Shown in pieces: positions 1 to 9,227 of a stretch of DNA of 64,000 nt (within the stretch, counting starts at the first letter, position 1; each line of letters opens with the position of its first letter). The notes beneath the pieces are model-generated. The model was not told where the DNA came from and searched no databases. It worked only from the letters and a program-made list of their open reading frames with translations. Made by a program: the position numbers and the translations under genes. The DNA is from an uncultured Acidobacteriota bacterium (GTDB lineage Bacteria > Acidobacteriota > Vicinamibacteria > Vicinamibacterales > UBA8438): positions 24,051-88,050 of the forward strand of contig CAJWLU010000013.1 in assembly GCA_913043225.1 (NCBI GenBank), given 5' to 3'.

Positions 1-79
1 GGCGAACAAAGACCTACCATACTGCCGTGTCGTCCTCGGTGCAATACACCAGTGCCTGCGTCACCTCCGTGGCGGACGG

Positions 80-496
80 GTGTCGAATCGAATCGTGACA
101 ACAAGCGCATCGCGTAGACGTGTGTTAGGGAGATCGGCCACGGGGGAGCGTGGCCGAGAAATCGCCGACGTCTTCCCTGCGCCAGCCGAGACAGCATCGC
201 TGGTGTCACGGAACGACGGCGGCGACGCGGACCTCCGAGATCTGGCGGAGCGGCAGCACGAGGTGTTGCTCGACCGCGTCGCCCGGCTTGTTCAAGGGCT
301 GGAACAGGGTGACGTGATGCCTGCCGAGCAGGTGGCCATCCGAGCCCTGATTTCGGATCTGGCGCTGGTCGCCGCGTCGTTCCGGCAGCGCTCATCTGCA
401 GTGCTGGATGCCCTCGATGAGTCGGCCCAGCAGCTCGGTGACGCCAAACAGGCCGCGGCGGTGTTCGAGCGGTCATTCGACAGGACCGCAACGTGA
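80..496 (+). CDS. Hypothetical helical/coiled-coil protein (start uncertain)
   Basis: 138-aa ORF with a heptad-like C-terminal half; its stop overlaps the GTG start of the next gene (GTGA). Confidence 0.5.
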   Translation: MSNRIVTTSASRRRVLGRSATGERGREIADVFPAPAETASLVSRNDGGDADLRDLAERQHEVLLDRVARLVQGLEQGDVMPAEQVAIRALISDLALVAASFRQRSSAVLDALDESAQQLGDAKQAAAVFERSFDRTAT

Positions 497-1452
497 GCAT
501 CGAAGATCTGACCGCGCAGGCGGTGCGTATCGAGAAGAAGTTGCTCGACGAGGTTCGGCAACAGCGCAAGGAACTGGCTGCTGTCGCCGAGCGTTTGACC
601 GCGCTTGAAGACCAGCAGGCGGCTATGGGCGTGACCGTCAGCAAGATCTTCAAGCGGGTCGTGCATCTCGAACCAGACGTCCATGCGGTGCTTCGAGCGC
701 TCCGCCTCGATGCCGACGCGCTCGAGTATCCTGAGCGGCTCACGGCCCGTCGCTATCGCCTTGAGTCTCAGAACGAGGAAGACGGGATTACCCTGGCTTT
801 GTTCGACGAGATCGGGGCCAAGAGCCGGACGTTCGTAGAAATCGGCTCGGGACTCAGCGGCGGTAATTCGGCGTGTCTGGCGCGCGAGCTTGGCTGGACC
901 GGATTGATGGTCGATGGGAGTGAAGCCCACATGGCCCAGGTGGGACGGCGGTTCCCACGGGTGCAGGCGGTCTCGGCCTGGATCACGCGGGAGAATGTGA
1001 ACCAGTTGGTGACCGACGCGGGGCTTGCTGGTGAGGTCGATTTTCTCAGCATCGACCTCGACGGGAACGACTACTGGGTCTGGGAGGCGCTAACCGCCTG
1101 TTCAGCCCGCGTCGTGGTGGTGGAGTACAACTCGGCGTTTGGCGCCGAACGGGCCGTGACCATCCCGTACGATCCTAAGTTCGACAGGCACAACTATCGC
1201 TTTGTCTACTACGGGGCCTCGTTGGCTGCCTTGGCCAAGTTGGCCATCGCCAAGGGCTACCGGCTGGTGGCGACCGAGCCGCACGGGGTTAATGCGTTCT
1301 TCCTCCGGAACGATGTGGCGCCTTCGATCCCGGCCTGCACCCCGGAGCGCGCCTTCAATCTAATGAAGCGCTACGACCTTTGGATGCAGACCAAGAAAGA
1401 GGACGTCTACTCCTACGTCAAGCAGGCGAAGCTTCCGCTGGTGGACGTCTAA
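493..1452 (+). CDS. Coiled-coil + FkbM-like SAM methyltransferase (paralog 1)
   Basis: Motifs SQNEEDG, FVEIGSG..GGNS, DFLSIDLDGNDYWVW, YYGASL; N-terminal ~90 aa heptad-rich. Confidence 0.75.
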   Translation: MSIEDLTAQAVRIEKKLLDEVRQQRKELAAVAERLTALEDQQAAMGVTVSKIFKRVVHLEPDVHAVLRALRLDADALEYPERLTARRYRLESQNEEDGITLALFDEIGAKSRTFVEIGSGLSGGNSACLARELGWTGLMVDGSEAHMAQVGRRFPRVQAVSAWITRENVNQLVTDAGLAGEVDFLSIDLDGNDYWVWEALTACSARVVVVEYNSAFGAERAVTIPYDPKFDRHNYRFVYYGASLAALAKLAIAKGYRLVATEPHGVNAFFLRNDVAPSIPACTPERAFNLMKRYDLWMQTKKEDVYSYVKQAKLPLVDV

Positions 1453-1506
1453 TCTGATCGCTTAGGTCAAACAACCGACGAAGGCGCTTTTGGCCGGCCC
1501 CCTGTG

Positions 1507-1535
1507 TTGCCTGGGGTCGTACCATAGTGTAACAT
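1507..1535 (+). promoter_or_regulatory. Putative sigma70 promoter of the glycan operon
   Basis: TTGCCT-N17-TAACAT in the 364-nt intergenic region. Confidence 0.4.
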
Positions 1536-1816
1536 CCTCAAGATCTGGGCCCTAATCGCCTCCGCATCTCATCACCCACGCGTGTTCCCCTGGCATTCCC
1601 GCGCGTCCAATCCGCCGACAGCCGTTCGAGATTCACCGCTGTTGGCAGGTAGGGACAGGCGTAGGTCGACGCCAGGTCGAGATGCGGGTGCGTTGCCGGT
1701 CATCGCTGGCCGGTAGTAGGCGGCTCTGAGGCGGAGTCCGGCTCGCACACCATCGCAGTGGTGTGTTGGGACCGAGAGGGCGGAGTTGTATTCATCAGAG
1801 AGTCGTGACCGAAACG

Positions 1817-2326
1817 ATGGCCGAACCGCTGCATCCTGAGCATCTGCGGGGGGTGAGGCTCGTGGTGTTCGATTTCGACGGTGTCTTCACCGACAACCGG
1901 GTGATCGTCAGCGAGGATGGCCGCGAGTCCGTGATCTGTTCCCGGGCCGACGGTCTGGGGCTCGCCGCGATCCGACGGTTCGGTGTGGACAGCCTTATCC
2001 TGTCGACCGAAGTCAATCCGGTCGTGTCGGCGAGGGCCCGCAAGCTCGGCGTCGAGTGTCAGCAAGGCCTGGGCGACGGCAAGGGAGCCGCCCTCGCTCG
2101 TCTACTCGAGGAGCGTCAACTCGACGTTCGTCACGTTGCCTATGTCGGCAACGACATCAACGACCTCGATTGCCTACGCCAGGTCGGTGTGGGGATCTGC
2201 GTTGCAGACGCCTTCGAGGCGGTGCGAAAGGTCGCTCGCTTCGAGACGGTGCGCCCGGGAGGCCGGGGCGCTGTCCGTGAAGTGTGTGATCTGATCGTGG
2301 AGGCGCGGGAGTCGGCGGCCGGATGA
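1817..2326 (+). CDS. kdsC: KdsC-family HAD phosphatase (ulosonate-phosphate phosphatase)
   Basis: VFDFDGVFTD, DGLG, YVGNDINDL, GGRGAVRE motifs; ATG at 1817 chosen as start. Confidence 0.85.
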   Translation: MAEPLHPEHLRGVRLVVFDFDGVFTDNRVIVSEDGRESVICSRADGLGLAAIRRFGVDSLILSTEVNPVVSARARKLGVECQQGLGDGKGAALARLLEERQLDVRHVAYVGNDINDLDCLRQVGVGICVADAFEAVRKVARFETVRPGGRGAVREVCDLIVEARESAAG

Positions 2327-3852
2327 CGGCGATAGAGCTCGCCGGGCGGCCAGGACCCAGCGAGGCACCAATGCGTCGGCCAGACGTCGGCCCAGACGAT
2401 ACGGACCGTACCGGGTTGCGTGTCTCGACGCGGCCGGGAGCGGTCCTGCTCTCGGTGCCGGGAGGCCATCACGTCGAGGATCTTCTGCGTGGACCCTTCT
2501 TCGAATCACTGCTGGCCCCACCCGATGCGCCTCGCGTGACAGTGGTATCGCCATTTGTCGCCGACACGCAGCTGGCAACGGAATTGCGGAAGGTCGGGGT
2601 CGAAGCAGAGAGCCTGCCTCTTCCTCGTGGCGGAGCAGCGTCGCGGGTGGTCGAGTCGATTCTGAGCGAGCGATTCCTGCTCGAGTCGAGGTTGCGCGCC
2701 GTTCGCCTCCAGCGAGACCGGGCGCGGTTGTTGGACCAGTGGCCCGGGCGCCGAGCCATGATCGCGCTCAAAGGAGTCCTCAGCCGGCTGCCGGTGTCGC
2801 GGCAACGTTGGTTTAGTCTGGCGCAGGCGGTCACTGACCTCAGTGACTGCGGCCGTTTACTGGACCGACATCGCCCGGATCTTGTCGTGACCTCGACCGC
2901 CGGTTTTCTCGCGGCTGAAGTACCGCTGATCTACGCGGCGCGCAAGCAACAGATTCCAGTAATGGGGATCGATCTCGGGTGGGACAACCTGTCATCGAAG
3001 TATCACACGGTGCGGCCGGTAGACCACCTTGCGGTGTGGAACGAGTCGATGCGGGACGAGGCGGTCCGATACCACCAGTTCACCCCCGATCAGGTGCGCG
3101 TCACCGGCGCGGTTCCCTTCGATACCTACTTCGCCGGAGCGGAGTTTCCGTCGCGCGAACGGCTCTTTGCCTCGATCGGCGCGGACCCGGCGCTGCCGCT
3201 TGTCACGCTCGCGACTGCGCCGGAGCTAGTCTATCCCACGACATCGAATGTGGCCCGGTTCCTTGCCGCTGCGGCGGTGGACGGGCGTTTCGGCTCCGAG
3301 GTACAGCTGCTCGTGCGGGTGCACTCTCGTGATCAGCTCGCCGATTATGACGGGCTGCAGGATGGCAGACGCGTGTTCGTGGAGAAGCCGTTCCAGCAGC
3401 TGGAACGAGGCGTGGGTCAGCCGGAACTCGACGCGTTCACGCCAGGTGCCGGAGGGCGGGGTCGGCTTGCGGCGACCCTGGCCCATAGCGACGTCGTGGT
3501 CAACTTCGCCTCGACGACGACCATCGAGGCGGCGCTTTTCGACACGCCCGTGGTCAACATCGGTTTCGATAGCGAGGTGGGGTTGCCGCTTCCGCTGTCG
3601 ATTCGGAGGTACTACGAGTACGAGCACTACCAGCCGGTGATCGAAACCGGAGCGGCGCAGGTGGCGTGGAGCGAGGCCGAGCTCATCGATGTCATGGGCG
3701 CCTATCTCCGTGATCCGAGCCTCGATCGGGTCGGAAGGCAGGCGCTGGTTCGCCGCTGCTGTGCCTTTCCCGAAGGGGGCGCCGGGCGCCGCCTTGCCCA
3801 GTGGGTCCGCGAAACGCTAGTGCGTCGCTGTGAGCAGGGAGGGCGGTCCTGA
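2323..3852 (+). CDS. GT-B fold transferase, CDP-glycerol-phosphotransferase/sialyltransferase-like (paralog A)
   Basis: WDNLSSK, VWN..MRDEA, VTG..FD.YF and STTTIEAALFDTPVV are shared with the 6552 and 10147 genes. Confidence 0.65.
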   Translation: MTAIELAGRPGPSEAPMRRPDVGPDDTDRTGLRVSTRPGAVLLSVPGGHHVEDLLRGPFFESLLAPPDAPRVTVVSPFVADTQLATELRKVGVEAESLPLPRGGAASRVVESILSERFLLESRLRAVRLQRDRARLLDQWPGRRAMIALKGVLSRLPVSRQRWFSLAQAVTDLSDCGRLLDRHRPDLVVTSTAGFLAAEVPLIYAARKQQIPVMGIDLGWDNLSSKYHTVRPVDHLAVWNESMRDEAVRYHQFTPDQVRVTGAVPFDTYFAGAEFPSRERLFASIGADPALPLVTLATAPELVYPTTSNVARFLAAAAVDGRFGSEVQLLVRVHSRDQLADYDGLQDGRRVFVEKPFQQLERGVGQPELDAFTPGAGGRGRLAATLAHSDVVVNFASTTTIEAALFDTPVVNIGFDSEVGLPLPLSIRRYYEYEHYQPVIETGAAQVAWSEAELIDVMGAYLRDPSLDRVGRQALVRRCCAFPEGGAGRRLAQWVRETLVRRCEQGGRS

Positions 3853-4658
3853 GCACGCGGTTCCGGATTCGCGGCCCCCGGGCCAGTGGCCGTCAGGTTA
3901 TCCGGCTCGGGGTGCTGCTCTGTCTGCGTGACTTCCGCTATCGCTATCGCCAGGCCTTCCTGAAGTACGTCTGGGCTTTCGCGCGTCCGCTACTCGCCGT
4001 GGCTCCGCTCATCCTGGTGGGTAACGCCTTCGGTCTGGGCGGAGATATGAGCGCCGCTGAGTACGCGCTCTTCGCTCTCAGCGGGTTCTTGATGTGGCAG
4101 ATGTTCTGGGACGCGGTGATCTCTCCCCAGTGGATCGCCAGACGTCTCCGACGTACGTGTGTCGACGGTCCGCTCCGTCCCGAGGCCATGGTCGCGGCGG
4201 GAGCGGGCCTGGTCGTGTTCAATGCGTTCTTCTACGGGGCGCTGTTCGTTATTGCCTATGCGCTGACGACCTCCTGGCCGCCGGTCACGCTGCCACTCGG
4301 TCTGCTCGCGTTACCGGTCATTGTGTTGGGCGGACTCACCGTCGGCGCGTTCTTCCTACCCTTGACCTTTGTGTATCTTGACTTCCGTTTTGGGCTTCCG
4401 CTGCTATCCCCGCTGTTGTTGTGGACCGCGCCGATTATCTACACCGCGCCGGAGTCAGGGGCCCTGTCCGTAATCAACCGATGGAACCCGCTAACCTATC
4501 TCATCAACATCCCCCGGGGATGGTTGGTCGTCGGGGTCGGCCCGCAGGACGGATGGTTTCTGGTGTGCGCCGGCGTGTTCGTGGTTCTGGCGGGGTTGAT
4601 GCTCCGCTATTACCGCCGGGCCGTACCGCTCGCGGTGCAGAGCCTGCCTCAACGATAG
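3849..4658 (+). CDS. wzm: ABC-2 polysaccharide export permease (Wzm), probable CTG start
   Basis: RDFRYRY..AFL..VWAFARPLL, TAPIIY and WNPLTYLI motifs; about six hydrophobic segments; GGAGG 6 nt before an in-frame CTG at 3849 (first GTG is at 3912). Confidence 0.85.
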   Translation: MSTRFRIRGPRASGRQVIRLGVLLCLRDFRYRYRQAFLKYVWAFARPLLAVAPLILVGNAFGLGGDMSAAEYALFALSGFLMWQMFWDAVISPQWIARRLRRTCVDGPLRPEAMVAAGAGLVVFNAFFYGALFVIAYALTTSWPPVTLPLGLLALPVIVLGGLTVGAFFLPLTFVYLDFRFGLPLLSPLLLWTAPIIYTAPESGALSVINRWNPLTYLINIPRGWLVVGVGPQDGWFLVCAGVFVVLAGLMLRYYRRAVPLAVQSLPQR

Positions 4659-4665
4659 GTCGCGT

Positions 4666-6555
4666 TTGATCGTGTCCGCTCAAGTGGCCGCACCCATCGC
4701 CGAGTTAGCTCCGGCGCCACCCATGCTCGAATGCCGCGGGTTGAGCAAGGTGTACTGCCGCGCGTTCGAACAAGGCCGCCGCTATGCCTTCATGGATATC
4801 CTACGACCGGGGCGTCGTCCGATCGAGCGCTTGCGTCGAGAGGAGTTCCTGGCCATCGATCGCTTCTCGGTCACGGTGCGGAAAGGCGAGAACGTCCTCG
4901 TGCTCGGACTGCCTGGAGCCGGGAAGACCACGATCGCGAAGCTGTTGACCGGCATGCTTCTCGCCGACGCGGGAGATGTCCAGTTCCGTGGTCGGTTAGG
5001 GCTGGTCTCTGGCGGGAAGTTGGGGATGGTGCCATTCCTGACAGTCTGGGAGTTCATCCAGCTGGCCACCGGGATTCATGGTGCCGAGCCGACGGTGCAT
5101 GACGCCTGCTGTGAGCGGGCGCTAGAACTGACGGGGTTGTCCGATAGACGGGACCTGAAGATCGTCGACCTCGACAAGGGCGATACCCGCTACCTCTCGA
5201 TCGCCTCCGCTTTGGTCGTGCCCCACGACGTCCGGATCTTCGATGGCGTGCCCAGGCCGGGGAGCGACCGAGTGTCCAGGCAGGTGGCGGCGCTGGCAAC
5301 CGAGCATCTTGAGCGCGGTTCCAATTTGATCTTGGCCAGTAGCACCGCCAATCTTCCCACCCGGATCGCGCACGCGGCGATCCTGCACGAGGGAGAGACG
5401 TTGTTCGAGGGAGGGCTCGAGAGCGTCGTGCCCGTCTTCGACCACTTTGTCTACCGGATGCAGCGGATCGAGCAGCTCGTGCGCGAGGCGGCGGAAGCTG
5501 GACGGGACGTCGATTCGTCCCGGATGCTCAGCCCGCCGGAGATTATCGCCAGGGCGCGGCGTAGTCTGGAGCGCTCGCGCATTGGTCCAGTGGTTGAGGA
5601 GCGGATCGCCGAGGCCTGGCGTAGCACCCGGCCGATTGTGGTGGGGCCCTACCTGTCCGACGTCGGGTTCGAGCTCTTGTACTGGCGTCCGTTCGTGGCC
5701 TGGATGAGCCAGCGCTTTGGTAAGCGCACCGCGCCGGTGATCGCGGTCTCCCGCGGGCGTGTGGGCGACTGGTATGCGGGAATCGCAACGCACTATGTCG
5801 ACGTCTGTGATCTCGTGGATTTCGACAGCTTCCTGACCCGGAACCGCCAGCGCGTCCGGGCCACCGGCTCCTGGAAACAGAAGGTGGTGGCGGACTTCGA
5901 TCGAGAGCTGCTCGATCTGGTGTCGGCGCGCTTCGGCGGGACCGAGTCCGAGGTGCTGCACCCTTCACTCATCTTCCGGGTGTGTAACCGGATCTGGAAC
6001 GCAACCATGCCGCACGGCTGGTTGGAGGAGCATGGCGCCTACGAACGCTTCGAACCCGCGCCACCTCCTGATGGAGCCGGGCTACCCGAGGGACCCTACA
6101 TCGCGGCCAGTTTCTGGTTCAGCAGCTGCTTTGGCGATACGCGCCCGCACCGTCATTTAATCAACCTGGCGCTCTCGGAGCTCAGCCAGCGGCTGCCGGT
6201 GGTCGTCGTCGACACGGGTGGGTTTCCCGGCGTGCCCGAATCGCTTGAGGCGACGGGGAATATCCGGGTGTTGCCGGGACCAGAGCAGTCGGAAGATCAG
6301 CTCGGTCTCCACTCACGTGTCATTGCAAGGGCCCGGGCCTATGTCGGGACCTTCGGCAATATTTCCCAGCTGGCGCCTTTCTACCGCGTACCGAGTCTGC
6401 TGTTATTCGACGAGGATGGCGGCCTGTCGGCGCATCACAGGCGAACATCCCAGTCGATTGCGGAGGTGATGGACGACAGCGCGATCGACGTCGTGCCTGC
6501 ACCGGAACTCAACCCGGCGCGCCTCAGCGCCTGGATCGATCAGGCCTTGTCATGA
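4666..6555 (+). CDS. wzt: Wzt-like ABC ATPase (degenerate motifs) fused to an unnamed C-terminal domain
   Basis: Wzt-type N-terminus (LSKVYCR...EFLAIDRFSVTVRKGE), Walker A GLPGAGKTT; directly follows wzm. Confidence 0.7.
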   Translation: MIVSAQVAAPIAELAPAPPMLECRGLSKVYCRAFEQGRRYAFMDILRPGRRPIERLRREEFLAIDRFSVTVRKGENVLVLGLPGAGKTTIAKLLTGMLLADAGDVQFRGRLGLVSGGKLGMVPFLTVWEFIQLATGIHGAEPTVHDACCERALELTGLSDRRDLKIVDLDKGDTRYLSIASALVVPHDVRIFDGVPRPGSDRVSRQVAALATEHLERGSNLILASSTANLPTRIAHAAILHEGETLFEGGLESVVPVFDHFVYRMQRIEQLVREAAEAGRDVDSSRMLSPPEIIARARRSLERSRIGPVVEERIAEAWRSTRPIVVGPYLSDVGFELLYWRPFVAWMSQRFGKRTAPVIAVSRGRVGDWYAGIATHYVDVCDLVDFDSFLTRNRQRVRATGSWKQKVVADFDRELLDLVSARFGGTESEVLHPSLIFRVCNRIWNATMPHGWLEEHGAYERFEPAPPPDGAGLPEGPYIAASFWFSSCFGDTRPHRHLINLALSELSQRLPVVVVDTGGFPGVPESLEATGNIRVLPGPEQSEDQLGLHSRVIARARAYVGTFGNISQLAPFYRVPSLLLFDEDGGLSAHHRRTSQSIAEVMDDSAIDVVPAPELNPARLSAWIDQALS

Positions 6556-9227
6556 AGATCTTTTTTTCCATGCGTCATCCGGGCACGCTCCGTAACTTCG
6601 GGTCGACGATCCGGGAGTTGGCCCGTCGTGGACATGAGATCCACCTGTCGTTCGTCATGCAAGACCGCCTTGGTGACGGTCGCCTGCTGTGGGAGCTGAC
6701 CGACGATTGTCCATCGGTCACTTACTCGGAGCTTACCAAGAAGACGCCGTATCGGTTCTGGCTCGGCTTGGCGCGTGGTGTGCGCCTTTGGGCGGACTAT
6801 CTGCGCTACCTTGGACCGGAGTATCGGGATGCGTTCAAGCTACGCGAGCGTGCTGAGATCCGCCTTCCTGGAGCGCTGGTCACCTTCAGCAAGTTGCCGC
6901 TCGTTAACTCTCAGGGCGGTCGCCGAGTCCTCTGGAAGGTCCTCCTCTGGGTCGAGCGAGCGATCCCGACCGACACCTGGGTCGATGCGCAGATCGCGGG
7001 CCAATCTCCCGACGTGGTGTTGGCGACCCCGCTCGTCGATCTCGGTTCCGACCAGGTCGATTTCATCAAGAGCGCTAAGGCACAGGGGGTGCACACCGGT
7101 CTGTGTGTCCACAGCTGGGACAATTTGACCAATAAGGGGTTGATGCGCGTGCTTCCTGACCGGGTCTACCTCTGGAACGAGTTCCAGAAACGGGAAGCGG
7201 TCGAGATGCACGGCATGCGCACCGACGACGTGCTGGTGACCGGTTCTCCCGTCTACGACCAGTGGTTCGAGCGAGTCCCAAGCGCGTCCCGCACTGATTT
7301 TTGTTCCAAGGTCGGGTTGCCGGACGACCGGCCCTACATCTTGTATCTCTGTTCCTCCGGGTTCATCGCGCCCAATGAGGCCGAGTTCGTCGATCAGTGG
7401 GTGCGTGCGCTCCGCCAGGCGCCTGACGCTTCGGTTCGTGACGCGGCCGTGGTCGTCAGGCCCCATCCCGAGAACGTGCAGCCTTGGCAGAAGTACGACA
7501 TGGCGGAGTTCGACGACGTGGTCGTCTGGCCGCACGGTGGCGCCAATCCGGTGGACGAGAGTTCCAAGAACGACTTCTACGACTCGCTGCATCACAGCGC
7601 GATGGTGGTGGGTATTAACACCAGCGCACAGATCGAGGCTGGAATCGTCGGGCGCCCGGTGTTTACCGTGCAGACGGATGAGCATGTCGGCACCCAGGAA
7701 GGGACGCTGCACTTCCACTATCTGCTGGAGGCGGGCGGCGGGTTGCTGCGCAATGCCCGGGGGTTCGACGAGCACGTGACCCAGCTCGCCCGCGCCTTCG
7801 AGCGACGGCCCGAGGACGGAGAGAAGCTGAAGGGATTCGTCGAGGCGTTCGTGCGGCCACACGGCATCGAGATCCGGGCCACGCCGCTGATTGCCGATGG
7901 TATCGAGGCGTTGGGGCAGGCGCCAAGGCCGTCCCCCGATCGGCCGGGGCTGCTGCTGTATCCGCTGCGATGGTTGCTGTTTCCGGTGGCGGTCGGGATC
8001 AAGGTGGTACGGAACCTCACCCGGATCAGGGTCAAGCGTCAACGAAAGCTCCGGCCGCTCACCTTCACGGGGATGCTGCTCAAGCCGCTCTTCGGGGCGA
8101 TGGACGTCATCCTGCGCTGGCGCCCAGCCAAGGGCTTCGTCAAAAAGTACGTCGTGCCCCGGGTGATGTCGCGGGTGAGCCCAGACGAGCCGACCGAGGA
8201 GATGGTCGCGATCCCACGCATTATCGACAAGATGCACAAGATCGACCGCCCGTTAGTCGTAGGGCCGTGGCTCAGTGAGGTTGGATTCGAGCTGCTCTAC
8301 TGGATTCCTTTCCTGAACTGGGTCCGAACGTATCGAGCGTTTGAGCGGGACCGGATGATCGTCCTCTCCCGTGGTGGGGTCGCCCCTTGGTATCGGCAGA
8401 TTGGGTCCCGCTATATCGATGTGTTCGACTTCTTTACACCGGAACAGCTACGCGAGAAGAACGAGGAGCGTATCGCCGAGGGCTTACTGAAGCAACGAGC
8501 GCTGACGGACTTCGAGCGTGAGATCGTTAAGCTAGTGAAGGTCGGCATTCAGCGCCGGGACATTCAGCTCTTTCACCCGATGTACATGTATCGTCTTTTC
8601 TATCCATACTGGAAGAGTCGCACGTCTATCAATCTGATCGAGAACTTTGCCTCGTTCGCGCGGCTGCCGCAGATCGATGCGTCGGATGTCGCCGACAAGC
8701 TGCCTGACGACTATGTAGCCGTGCGCTTTTATCACAACACGGCGTTCCCCGAGACTGAGGAGAACCTTCGCTTCGTGCGACAGCTTCTGACCCGGGTCAC
8801 GGAAACCACCGACGTCGTTCTACTGAACCCCGGTTACACGCTCGATGACCACTGGGATCTGAAGCCTGGTGTGACCCGTCGGGTGCACACGATCGATCAG
8901 CTGGTCGAACCGCGGAACAACCTCGAAGTGCAGACGAAGGTCGTGAGCCGCGCCCGCGCCTATATTGGCAACTACGGGGGGTTGTCCTACCTGGCGCCGT
9001 TCTATGGGGTCCAGTCACTGGCGTTCTACTCCAGTCCGAGCCATGTCGCCCCTCACCACCTGGATCTGATGTATCGAGTGGCGGCCAAGCTTAAGCGCGG
9101 CTCCTTCGTGGCGCTCGATACCCAGGGTCTTGATGTGCTCAGTCTCGTGCTGCAGGGGGCACCTGTCGAGGCAGCGCTCACCGAGAGTGGCGAGGCGGAG
9201 CATCCCGCGGCGGCGGAGCTGGGTTGA
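6552..9227 (+). CDS. Two-domain glycosyltransferase/polymerase: GT-B (paralog B) + shared C-terminal domain
   Basis: SWDNLTNKG, VRPHP, GINTSAQIEAG in the N-terminal half; VVGPWLSEVGFELLYWIPF domain from ~8250. Confidence 0.7.
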   Translation: MKIFFSMRHPGTLRNFGSTIRELARRGHEIHLSFVMQDRLGDGRLLWELTDDCPSVTYSELTKKTPYRFWLGLARGVRLWADYLRYLGPEYRDAFKLRERAEIRLPGALVTFSKLPLVNSQGGRRVLWKVLLWVERAIPTDTWVDAQIAGQSPDVVLATPLVDLGSDQVDFIKSAKAQGVHTGLCVHSWDNLTNKGLMRVLPDRVYLWNEFQKREAVEMHGMRTDDVLVTGSPVYDQWFERVPSASRTDFCSKVGLPDDRPYILYLCSSGFIAPNEAEFVDQWVRALRQAPDASVRDAAVVVRPHPENVQPWQKYDMAEFDDVVVWPHGGANPVDESSKNDFYDSLHHSAMVVGINTSAQIEAGIVGRPVFTVQTDEHVGTQEGTLHFHYLLEAGGGLLRNARGFDEHVTQLARAFERRPEDGEKLKGFVEAFVRPHGIEIRATPLIADGIEALGQAPRPSPDRPGLLLYPLRWLLFPVAVGIKVVRNLTRIRVKRQRKLRPLTFTGMLLKPLFGAMDVILRWRPAKGFVKKYVVPRVMSRVSPDEPTEEMVAIPRIIDKMHKIDRPLVVGPWLSEVGFELLYWIPFLNWVRTYRAFERDRMIVLSRGGVAPWYRQIGSRYIDVFDFFTPEQLREKNEERIAEGLLKQRALTDFEREIVKLVKVGIQRRDIQLFHPMYMYRLFYPYWKSRTSINLIENFASFARLPQIDASDVADKLPDDYVAVRFYHNTAFPETEENLRFVRQLLTRVTETTDVVLLNPGYTLDDHWDLKPGVTRRVHTIDQLVEPRNNLEVQTKVVSRARAYIGNYGGLSYLAPFYGVQSLAFYSSPSHVAPHHLDLMYRVAAKLKRGSFVALDTQGLDVLSLVLQGAPVEAALTESGEAEHPAAAELG

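Noticed and set aside
6840..8237. Long antisense ORFs (465 aa here; also 42341-43780, 61609-62862, 53035-54255, 22117-23157)
   Set aside because: They shadow well-supported genes, have no motifs, and are expected from stop-poor reverse frames in high-GC DNA.
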